NCBI RefSeq assembly: GCF_000150275.1
Contig: NW_002060957.1
Location: 794,445-858,444 of the forward strand
Source: Trichoplax adhaerens
Taxonomy: Eukaryota; Animalia; Placozoa
Direction of reading: 5' to 3'
DNA: 64,000 nt
Part shown: one piece after another, positions 12,632 through 24,290 of the stretch
Layout: every line of letters begins with the position of its first letter
Position numbering within the stretch: the first letter of the stretch is position 1
The notes under the pieces: model-generated
Database searches by the model: none
What the model saw: only the letters and a program-made list of their open reading frames with translations
Told to the model about the DNA's origin: nothing
Made by a program: the position numbers and the translations under genes

Positions 12632-14322
12632 TAGTAAAGGACTAAAAGCAGAGTCCTTTATGGCTTTTAGTATGTAACTAGTATTATTTATTATTTTACT
12701 ATAGAAAATACCTAGAAAGTGATAGTGTCTTTAAGTTTTACCCTGCCAAATCATCATGTCGCCATCCTTTCTCCTTCATAATTTTACATGGTATTATATA
12801 GATTACTATAGAAGTAGCCTTAGAGCAATCACCTAATCTAAAGAAAGGGCGTTTGATAGTCTATTCAAATTGTAAATGAATTTGACTTAGCAACAAAACC
12901 CTATCCATAGAGAAAGGGGATTTATAACATGACAGTAAAGTACTGTAACGTAGTCTATAATCGTACAGTTACCGTACAAATTGACGCTAAAACATCAACT
13001 GTCAATACTCAGCGATACTAATGTCAGAAAAGTAGTCGTAGTAGCCATATAAAATTTCTTGATAAGCAATTACTGTAATCTTTATAAAATCCGGATTTTT
13101 CGGATTCAGATTCTGGAACCGGTCGAATTTATCTGTTATAATTTTTCCTTGTTAATATCTAGATTTTAGTTTATGGAAAATATCATAAGAGTTGATTTTT
13201 GAAATTTGAACTTTTTGTTTTGAATTTGAAACTTTGGAATGTTATGACGTGACATGAAAGTGTGGTAAATCTTATAGTGTTTGCTTTTCATACTTGGAAG
13301 TAAATAGTTTAAATATTTGAAATTTGAACTTTTTTATGAATTTGAAACTTTGTAATTTTATGACGTGACTTGAAAGTCACATTAGGAAAGTTTAGTTAGG
13401 AAAATAGAAATAAGATGGAAATTGGCAGAGGTTGTGTTGATTGTTAAGTATTTAGACTATAATTTTCATGACTAAATCTTGATGTTTAAAAGTTAATTTT
13501 TAGACATTTATAATGTCTTAATGATAGAAATTATGTTAGAAGCGAAGTTTGATGTATTTTATAGCTAAATTGTTGGTTTTATAGTGTTTTGTAAGGGAAT
13601 CATAGGGTAAATTGGGTCTGAACTTTGAATGATTTTTGTTTTCTTAAATGGTGCAAAGTAGTTTCTAAAATGGATCTTAAGAGCGCTTGGTTAGTAAATG
13701 TTTAGTTTTAAATACCTCTGACGGCTCTACGAAACCTATAAATGATAATGCAATTAGAAAATTCAGAGGGAGAGTAGAAGAAGATTGTTTTGAAGAACTA
13801 GTTGAATTTTAAAAGGAGTTCGGGGTCGAATTGTCGTAAGTTAAAACGTTATTTTTGAAAGGTTGTTTGGTTGTTGACAGTTTTTAAGTCTTTCACTTAT
13901 TTTCTTAATACTTAAATTTAAGTATTTGTAAAGTTGTTCGGTTTATACTTCTCTCCATTTTTTTTGTAATAAATTGTTGATCGATTATTTCCCCAAATTT
14001 AATTAGGTGTCAAAATTTCGTTAAGTCGAACGGAGTGCAACGAAAGTAGAATCAAAGTTTATTAAGGTTTTGTAGCTTGATCTCTACACCTTTCATTTCA
14101 TTACATATCAAATGCCCTTTCTTTAGATTAGGCGATTACTCTTAGATTATTCCTATAGTAATCTATATAATACCATGTAAATTAATGAAGAAGAAAAGAT
14201 GGCGACGTAAAGATTTGGCTGGGTAAAACTAAAAGATACTATCACTTTCTAGGTATTTTCTATAGTAAATTAAAATAGTTACGCACTAAAAGCTATAAAG
14301 TACTCTGCTTTTAGTCCTTTAT
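12632..14322. mobile_element. ~1.7-kb non-autonomous element with ~220-bp terminal inverted repeats (foldback/DNA-transposon-like)
   Basis: 12632-12859 is the diverged reverse complement of 14107-14322 (taaaggactaaaagcagagt...ctatagaaaatacctagaaagtgatagt...cctaatctaaagaaagggc). There is no intact ORF inside and no TSD was identified. Confidence 0.65.
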
Positions 14323-14345
14323 TGCATATTGTACTTTACTACGGT

Positions 14346-15517
14346 ATAGATTACTATAGGGATAACCTAAGAGCCTAATCTAAAGAAGGGGGCGTCTGAT
14401 AGTCTATTGAGATTATAAATAAATTTGGCTTAGTAACAAAACCCTATCCATAGAAAAGAGGAATTTATAACACGACAGTAAAGTACTGCAATGTTGGCTA
14501 TAATCATACAGTTACCGTACAACTTCATGCTAAAACATCAACTGTCAATACTAATGTCAGAAAAGTAGTCAAAGTTGTCATATAAAATTTTTTGATAAGC
14601 GATTACTGTGATCTTTATAAAATTCGGACTTTTCGGATTCGGATTCCGGAACCGCTCGGATTAGTGTCCGATATAATTTTAATTTTGGATAAGGTTGTAA
14701 GGGTTGATTTTTGAAGTTTGAATTTTTTATAGTAAATTTGAAACTTCGGAACTTTATCACGCAAAATGAAAGTTACATTAGGAAAGTTTAGTTAAGAAAA
14801 TAGAAAATAAGATGGCAAATGGCAGAGGTTATGTTAATTGTTTAGTAGTTAGACTGTTATTTTTATGACTAAATCGTAATAGTTGAAGATTAATTTTTAG
14901 ATTTTTGTAATTTATAATGATTAGAAATTATTTTAGAAATGAAGTTTGAAGTATTTTATAGTTAGTTTAATGGTTTTGTAGTGTTTTGTAAGAGAATCAT
15001 AAGGTAAATTGCGTTTGAACTTTGAACGATTTTTGCTATCTTAAGTAGTACAAAGCAGTTTTCTAAAATGGGTACTAAGAAAGATTACTTAATAAATATT
15101 TAGTTTTAAATACCGCTGAGGGCTCTGTGAAGCCTATAAATGATAGTCCAATCAGAAAATTTAGAGTAGAGAGTAAAAGAAGATTCTGTTGAAGAACTTG
15201 TTGAATTTTAACGCCTTTGGGTTCGAATTGTTGTAAGTGGAAACGTTCTTCCTTTTTTATTAGATTGTTTGGTTTTTGACAGTTTCAGTTCTGTCGTTTT
15301 TTTTATTTTCTTTACGTATAATACTTAGAATTAAATATTTGGAAGGTTGTTTGATCAGACTCTGTGACGTTTTCTTAATAAATTGTTGATCGGTTGTTTC
15401 CCCAATTTTTATTTGGTGTCAAATTTTTGTCAAGTCGACCGGAGTGTAAAGAAAGTAGAATCAAAGTTTGTTAGAAGTTTTGTCGCTTGATTTCTACACA
15501 TATCATCTCATTACATA
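14346..15517. mobile_element. Second, truncated direct copy of the 12.6-14.3 kb element
   Basis: Colinear with 12797-14106, from tatagattactatag to ttacata. It lacks the right TIR and most of the left TIR. Confidence 0.7.
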
Positions 15518-16080
15518 CCGGCTATGCTAGCCGTAACTAGAGAAGTCACCGATGCTCCTACTATTAACTTAAAAACTTTCAGCTACTCCTATATCCAAGT
15601 TAAGGCTTTGTGAGAGATATAACATAAGGTGATGGGACATGAATAAAAGTAATGTTAGCTCATAGACAACTGTTGCTTTTACAATTTTTAATTTAAATAT
15701 TTTACGATCATGCTACAATAATGAAATAAAGAAAAAGCCATTCTTGAATGTTCTATCTAGGCGAAGTAAAAGTAAATAAGTTCCTATCAATCAATCATAA
15801 TTTAAGAAATGAAGTATCGCAAGCAGTATATTCTACTAGAATTTATAGTAAGCCTTTAATGTTAAATTTGAAACTGAACACTCTATACGATACCACATTA
15901 ATAATATATACTGTATGCGTTAGTTATAGCTATTGGTCATTACCTATTAAACGTAATTGAATTAAATTCATTTCATAAGCAAAGCTATTGTATAAAGTAC
16001 AATATGTTCACTAAGCATAAAGCGTAGACCATATTTATAAATTGGTCGATAAAATTTTATAGAATTTTTAATTTATTGCA

Positions 16081-16221
16081 NNNNNNNNNNNNNNNNNNNN
16101 NNNNNNNNNNNNNNNNNNNNNNNNNNNNNNNNNNNNNNNNNNNNNNNNNNNNNNNNNNNNNNNNNNNNNNNNNNNNNNNNNNNNNNNNNNNNNNNNNNNN
16201 NNNNNNNNNNNNNNNNNNNNN
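16081..16221. other. Assembly gap (N run)
   Basis: Run of n characters. Confidence 1.
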
Positions 16222-16317
16222 TATTGCAACGTACAGGCTTTCGTTAATAAAAATAACTAGTATGATTCTATATATACGTGAAATTATAATTCAAATCTTA
16301 AACACCTATACCTTTAT

Positions 16318-16745
16318 TACAAAACAGCTTTGCAACAAGATAACGTAATGCACGATCAGTCAATCGATTCCCTGAACTATGTATCAGGGAACAATATCTA
16401 CCCTTTCAGGAACAGTTTTCATATACCAGTTGACTACAAAAAGACTTAAACGCCTCGTATCTTACGTTAAACACTAATCATAAGAACTAAGTTTATTATA
16501 CGATTTATCACATTTATACACTCTTTTTACAATAACAAAGACTTCCTTGTTGGTAATTTTAACGCTGAAACCTGATAATTAATCAAAAGCTAATTTTATC
16601 TACTGCTACCTAATGAAGACAACAGTATTTACGAACAAAGACATCGAATGACTAATACAAAATAGTCAGATTACAATATATCCTATCGCGGAACATTTCT
16701 ACGATAATCTACAATCTACCATAAGTAAATTATAATCACAGTGAT
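16318..16745. repeat. Interspersed repeat, copy 2 (inverted copy of ~120-540)
   Basis: Shared blocks with copy 1 include cgcctcgtat-ttacgttaaacact, aatagtcagattacaa and cggaacattt-acgataat. Confidence 0.75.
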
Positions 16746-18175
16746 TCGAATTGTAAGATTATTCTCGATTTTCTAATTAAACTGCTAATTTCAGTAGGTT
16801 GTATATATCACCATAAAAGCTAGTGCTATATTTAAATATCACATATCTAAATTAGAAACTCTACATATAAGGGTAAATCAACAGAATTATCGTAATATAG
16901 ATGTTTCTACTATAATCTCGATATTACAGAATTAGTTTGTGTTGGCTACTTACCGATTTTTTTTAATCTTGAATTTATAGTAATCGGAAACAAATTTAAG
17001 ATATTAAAATGCATCAACTGTTATAATCTTCTAAACTTCGTTGGTAAATTAGCTCCAGAGCTACCGTACTCCGATTAGTCTCTCAATAAATAGTTCACCG
17101 TTTTATCCAACAAAATAAATACTTTTATTTCTTAATTTCTTAAATTAACACAAATTTATCTTCCTAATAAAACCTGGGACTAAACCAACTAAATAGCCGA
17201 CTCGACGAGGTGAGCTAACTCCTAAGCTGCTGTTACACAGTCGCTTGTATACTGTAGGAATTGAGGACTGAGAGTATATTTTCAGTAATTTTGATTACTA
17301 CTGTAACAAAACCAATGACAATTAAAGGTATTGATGATGGATGTGTATATTTATATTATCAAAATGTAAATATAATTTTGATCATCTCCTTATCATTAGA
17401 ATTTTTATCTTCTTCCTTGTGTTCACAATGTACGTCATATAATAGCGGAGCTCTATCAAGTAAAATTTGAGTTGATAATACCGTCAACAAGAGGCTTTCT
17501 AATTCTTCTTAAGATTAATCGCCACCGTATTACAAAATTGCAATGTGACTGAACTCAGGTTAAAATGAACACACAAAATGTCTAGTCTATATGCTAAATA
17601 CCGAGTCAATTCGTGAAATGCGTACTCAGTTCGTGTTTTCATCTATTAAGTTAATGGGTGTATCTTTATTATATAACACTATAAACTATAGAAGTAGCTG
17701 AAGCAGCTATATTATTACAATCAAGTATAGTTATCGATGTAATAAAATATAGGATAAATCACTACATTACATAAGGCATCAATTAATTTCGAATAAATGA
17801 TTGACTCATTCTGCAAACAGACAAGGAACGCAAAATTAATTGCAAGCATAATTTATTACTTTAAATTGCTTTACTGTTGAAGTCTACCAACATATATATA
17901 TTTATTGATTAATATATAAATATGGCTATGAAGTACATTTGAAGATGAATCATTCTCCGATAATTAATGAATATCTGCTAACATTAACTTAAGTATTAAT
18001 ATGGGTCAACATTAATCACGATCACAAATGTTAAGACAGTCACTCTTATTCTAATCTCTACGATTTATCCACTTATCTAATGCGATGGCTACTAGTATTT
18101 ATCAGCTGAGACTAGAGCAAATCGACATGCTTCACAGTTGCTTTAGCGTTGCGATTCGTAAAGTTATGCTTACTC

Positions 18176-20668
18176 TTAAGCTTCCATGCCATCATCACTG
18201 ATTAATCTTTCTTGTGTGCTTAGACTCCTACTAAAAGCTGCTCTAGCGGCAAAAATAAAGGGCGGAATCATACTTACGATGCTAATGCCCATAAAGACAT
18301 AGTCAAATATAATAGAGACACCGATGATTGGTGAGGAACTGAAAGGTCTGATGATGAACATAAAGACGATTAAAGCCACAGCACAAATAGCTTGCAAGAA
18401 AATGAACAAATTGGTAGCAAAATAAGCCAAATTCTAAATATATCGTATGTAAGAAAACGTTAGCTTGAATTATTTAGTTCTAATTGAATATGAATATTGA
18501 TAGTTTGTTAGAAAATATGCAATATTCTACTCACCAATGAGTCAGTAGCAGAATAATTCGAGGCAATGCCAATTCTTGAAGCTGTATAAGCCTATAAAAA
18601 TAAAACGAACATCCATGTTATCTCTTGGTTCATTTATTAATTTATGACTACGTGAAATATAATAGGTTTAATTTATTTGAAATACTGCATACCATGCATC
18701 CTACGATTAACGAAATGTAGCCATAGCTGGCAAAACCCATCGCTGCCATCATGAAAATAGCAATTCCACCAGCGAGAAGACCTGAAGCCATAAGACCAAT
18801 ATTATTGATATTTCGAGATGTATTTTCTGAATTAATTTTGGTTGGGGTAACTACTACATCATTTGGATATTGTGATGAATGACTAGCTATGACAGTAGTT
18901 ACAGCTCCAATAATGGTCATAACAGACTGAGTTAAGGCCAAAACAGTAAAATCAGCTCTCTCCCACATCGAAAATTTAAAGCTATTAGTATAGTGGACCA
19001 TTGTCTGAACAAGAACTATCATAGCAGCTCCACTAACACATGATGAGAAGATAGCCATAGTTTTATGCCAAACATTCTAGCAAAGAATATTGGAAATACA
19101 TTCTTTAATATTACGGAATTAGAAATCATGAAATAAAATTACTTAAACTTACCAATTCAGCAATGTCTTTATCATGAGCAATCAAACCAATTACTCCAGT
19201 AGCAAATAGCTAATAAGAACGAATAAATAATTGCAGCATAAATATTTGAACGATGGACTGGAACAAGATAGAATCATGGATATATATGAGTATACCAAAT
19301 ATATATTAGTTATATATAAGCTAGTTTCAAATCAATGGTCTTATGCGAACTGACTTAATGAAACAGTAGCAGTATGAGAATACGAATAAATATGACATTC
19401 TAGTTTAGTTAAATTGATTACTTAGTTTTATAACATACCATAACTCCGTGGAAATGAATAGAAATAACTGAAAACCTATACCATCGTTCCTGTAATATAG
19501 CAACAGCAAGGCCAAATACGATAATACCAAGAATAACCATGATAATGGAGAGTGTGAATCTGTTGATACCAGAGACTGCATAAGACTGCGAGATACTTCC
19601 TCTATTTTGTATTCTTTTACCCTGTTGGATCGCAACTATAAGGGAAACAATGCCAAAAACAGCAGTACCAGCTATTTCGAATGTCATCGGCAAATACCAT
19701 CGAGGTTGATTGTATCCTCCGCCAAATAAAATACAAAATAGCCTGGTAATATTAGCAGGAGATAAAACAACTCCAACAATACCAAGGGAAAGTAAAGCCG
19801 AGGCCTAATGAACGAAGAAAAATTACTTAATTAAATTAACTTTGAAAAAGTATCCTTTCTAACTATAAATTATATCTTGTAGCCTTATGTAGTAAATGAA
19901 ATAAGAAGCTATATTATCATCCAAGCTAGCAATGCTTAAGAATATTTCTACTCTTTACACGTAGGTTTCCATATGTTTATGTAAGCAAGATGTAGATAAA
20001 AACGAGCACTCATCGCACGGCAATACTTAAATTAGGTTTTTACTCTTTACGTCTAGGCTTTGCCAGATATTAAAGTAAACAAGATTTAGAGAGAAGCAGA
20101 CATTCATCGCAATTGTTACTCAACATTGCTGAACACGATTTGGCTGAAAGCAAAGTTCTAGGTACAGTGTATCATAATATACCTCGGTCTGAGTAGGGGA
20201 GTCCGAATCCTTAACTTTGAAAAGAACTGCAGCTAGAACAACAGCCTGCGAAAACAGCATCGAAAATAAAATTTAAATTTTATACAAGGTTATAAAGAAA
20301 AATCTTTTTATGGAATAGTATTTCTGTATAAATTCACTAATTTCTACTATGCACTCTAAAATTATGATAATAGCAAAAAGATACCGATGTAAACATGAAT
20401 GACTAAAGTATAAAATACGAAAATGCTCTTTTCATCCAATTCCTTATAGAATAGATCGCAAAAATGTCACAAAATAAAACTATTGTTGATATTCTATGGT
20501 AATAATTTCACTACGTACCAAGACTGCCGACCATGTTGGGTCAAAAATAACTGGACCTGCTCTTATGTTTATCAAGTAAGGAGTCAAAAAAATGGTAGCA
20601 AGCGCAGATGCAATGATAGCTATCGCCGAGATTATCAAAATAGCGCCTAATGTCTGTCCACGGGTCAT
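18176..20668 (-). CDS. Multi-pass membrane protein, ~444 aa, three tandem MS4A/CD20-like 4-TM modules (paralog A)
   Basis: Exons 20668-20519, 20245-20183, 19804-19439, 19209-19153, 19076-18693, 18591-18535, 18433-18176. All introns are GT-AG and phase 0, giving one continuous frame with ~12 hydrophobic segments. The family call is an inference from motifs (FDPTWSAVL|AVVLAAVL; FHGVM|LFATGVIGLIA). Confidence 0.85.
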
Positions 20669-23600
20669 CTATAAAGTGATCAAATAGAGGGAAAAAAGTT
20701 ATTAGCTTTAATAATACAGTATAAGGAAGCATAGCTGAGTCAATTAACTTGCAACAAAACTTTAATTTTTATATTTAAATTCTCAATTCAATGCTAAGAT
20801 TAGACTTACGCTTTAGAATTGGAAAGATAAACCAAAGGTGAAAAAAAGTATTCTATAACTTGACTTGATTCTACAATCCTCTCTAAGGGCCTGTTTCAAG
20901 CTGAAATGTTTTAATTTGAATATCCGTATTGGACATGGATATAGCTTTATATGCACTTGGACTAGCAATTTAATGACATCATAGTTTAACAGGAAGGATG
21001 TTTCTGTTGTTTACCTATTAACATTAGAGAAGATAGCCAGCTTTATCAAGTTTACCACAATCTCATCTTTCTAAAGTAAATAGTTGTATGATTTGCATGA
21101 GAATAGAGCTCATACAACACTCTTTTCTTGATTAACCATACCGTTGCTATATACCGTTCAAAGATAGCGACCGGTCTAGCCTACTTTCAATAGATTGCAT
21201 GTTTATTCTTGGATGCTATTCTTTGCAGTATTTACTTCCAAATAAGGTAAAGTCTATTCTTAGTAGAAGTTAATATCCACTAGACTGTAACATAACTCCT
21301 TATTGTTATAATATATTTTTAACTGTTCTTCTTACGCCATAAAAGCTATCTTCATGTATCTATCTCATTAGTTAGTTCTGTTAGTAGACGGTAAGCCTGC
21401 ACACTTCACGGTCTTCACCTATTCTACTTTACTATAGCTATTCAATTAGTAACGTTGTATTCATGCTGTAACTTCACACTGTTATCCACTTTACATTAGC
21501 TCAATAAAGACACACAAAGATTTTATAGGCTATTGTGAAGTCATAGTAATTGACAAGACTGTTTTATTCAGTTTCGATAGAACCTGATCCAGGCAGATTG
21601 TGCGGGCTTGCTGGTATTCCTAAACTAAATTAAGCTATTTATCGAGAATTTCTTTTAGTTTTTTTCTAAGGAGGCTAGCTCATACCTGAAATGGCCTTAG
21701 TAAACCTCACCACAGCATTCGTCTGCACCTCGAACACAAGATAATTGTGAACGATGATTTTCCTATCGTGATAATTCTGACATTCACATTTTAGTATACG
21801 TTTTTCGAATTATAGGCACTACATGTGGCAGCATGCTATACTGGGTCGACCGTTAATATTACGTCATAATTTTTATATGTTTGCAGATTGATAAGGGTAA
21901 GTCTATGCTATGTATAATGCTTACGAGTAATGGCCAGTGAATACAGGTATTACTCCATCAGAACAATAGTAACAAATTAATATTGTGATAATTATAAAGG
22001 ATATTATATTTTGCAGGTTGTTTGAATTAATCGAATTTTAATTGCCCACAATGATTAATACTCAGTGCCGATTGGCATTGTTCGGAATGGGCAGAGAAAC
22101 TATAGCCATTAATGGAACTAATTATTCGTGCTTAAAATAAGCAATACTTCACAAGATATCCAGCAATATAATATAGTGCGGTACAAAATTACATTTTCTG
22201 CTATCGATAGTACTTGAACTTTCTATTTTAGTATGGGCTATCGGTAGTACTGGCTATATTCTGTTCTTAATGTGCAATATTCTTGTAGGAAAACTAGACT
22301 GCGCTGAGCCCTGAGTAAATAAGATAGTAGATTAGCGGTGTTAGTGGCACTCTATCTGGTGTAATAGGCGTAGCGGATTATTAGTTGATAATACTAAGGA
22401 TGTTAGTCGTACGGTTAAGTGGGACTACTTGGCGCCTTGATAGGTGGTACCGATACGTCTCAGTAGATGCCGTATGATTGGCCCAAAGTGAGGGATGACA
22501 ATTATACGTAGCTTGGGGTTTTGTACTCGCAAGGCCATATTGAATATAAATTAGATTTAGGAATAGTATAAGAAGCAAAAATAAACTGACTGATATATTA
22601 CAATTGTATAATACAAATCCAATGAAAATTACTATTTTCTATCACCATAGTCAGAATTTAGTGTCCGTCTGTGGATAGTCGTGATTATATTTTGTTATTG
22701 ATACATAATATTCAGTAGCACGATTCAGTATATAAATTTTTGTCATTGCTATCAGAAATTAACAAATTACATGCTGTGATCGTCGACTGTAAAAAATTTC
22801 ATTTTGTCCTTGATATGCAGTATTAGTGATTTTAGGCATTTTATTTATTCATCATGATAATAATTAAGACAAATAGTATTATTAATAATCACTTAAGATT
22901 GGCAACAGAAATCCTGTCTACTGACTATGAGGTGGCTTAGTTCAGCGTATGTGCTCAAATCTGATTAGTTTTTAATGAAATTTCTGAACTTTTTTGATTT
23001 ATGATTTATGGTCATCCGTATCGAGAATTTAAGACAGGTCTTTCTCGCTAGCAATGTCAAACCTAGCATATGCAATGATGTTGATGGCTCTTGAGTAATT
23101 ATTTGAAAACCGTGTATTTATTACAGAAAATAATTTCTCAAAAGTTTGGTATCTATCGTTTCAATTAGAAATTTACAAGGAAAGCATGAACAGGGATGTT
23201 ACAGTTCAACTTTTTCAGCAGTTTATTCGATAACGCCGCAAAATTTGGATAATTTTCAACATTTAGAGTTTTGTTAAATACGAAGTAGCCCTGTCGTTTG
23301 CAAAAGTTTGCGACTTCATATAAGTATAATACAAAAATTGGATAAAATAATTTTTTAAGTTTGGCTATCTAACGATAATTACACTGTTAGTATAGACTAG
23401 GAGAGTGTTACGAGTACAGGTTGTGCTACTAGCCTAGTGCAGAGAAATATAAACAATGCATAGCAACGTTAAATTTTAAATGATCTCTTTATCAACCCAA
23501 CATTTTTAAGACCGCAACTGTTGAAAAGATTTCAGCGACTACCGGGAGCTAGGTAACTTGCCAACATTTTATACCTTAATATTGATTGTGCCTTACTTAT

Positions 23601-24290
23601 TACGGTAATTCATTCACACCCATTACTGTACAAAGCTATATCGAATGTAATAATTTCATTTGCAAATTTAAAGGAAATTATACATATGTAGTAAAATTTA
23701 TTCAATATCGAATTTGTATCAGGCAGGCTTCTTGAAATCAATTTTAGTATAGAAAAATCAATATTAAGTCCAAGTTCGAGAGGGAAGATTATTTTATTAC
23801 TTAAAGAGTTTTAAATCTAGACAGCAAAGTAAAATATTCTACTACAGACGCGCTTACTTTACAAATTAGTATCTTTAGTTAGTTAGTTTTAAACGAATCC
23901 ATATTTCATTCCGCATACAGTATCAGCCTCTATATACGGTATTAAATATGGATTTAAACTTATGTACTACGTATAATCTCTTAGCAATTCAACGTAATAT
24001 TACATTGATAATTATTAATGTCATCATATGTAATAAAATAAAAAGTCAAACATGCTAAGCATATAGTAGAAATTCCTGACTAATAGAACGTTTAAGGCTT
24101 CATCCAATCAACACAAAACATCAGATTATGGATCCACTTATTGTGATTAGTAATTTGGATATGTGTTATAAATAATTACAGATAGAAAATTCTTTACGAA
24201 ACGAGAAAATTACCGCAATTTATAAGAGTCCCAGCTATATATATCCTAACAAGGTGAAAGTTATGTAAACTGATATTACAATCCTTAGGT

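Noticed and set aside
16076-16348. 90-aa ORF
   Set aside because: Artefact of reading through the N gap.
17261-17510. Possible pseudogene fragment of a third membrane-protein paralog on the minus strand (IPLIVIGFVTVVI) and the + strand 69-aa ORF
   Set aside because: Similarity is limited to a few hydrophobic residues, with stops and no matching exon structure.
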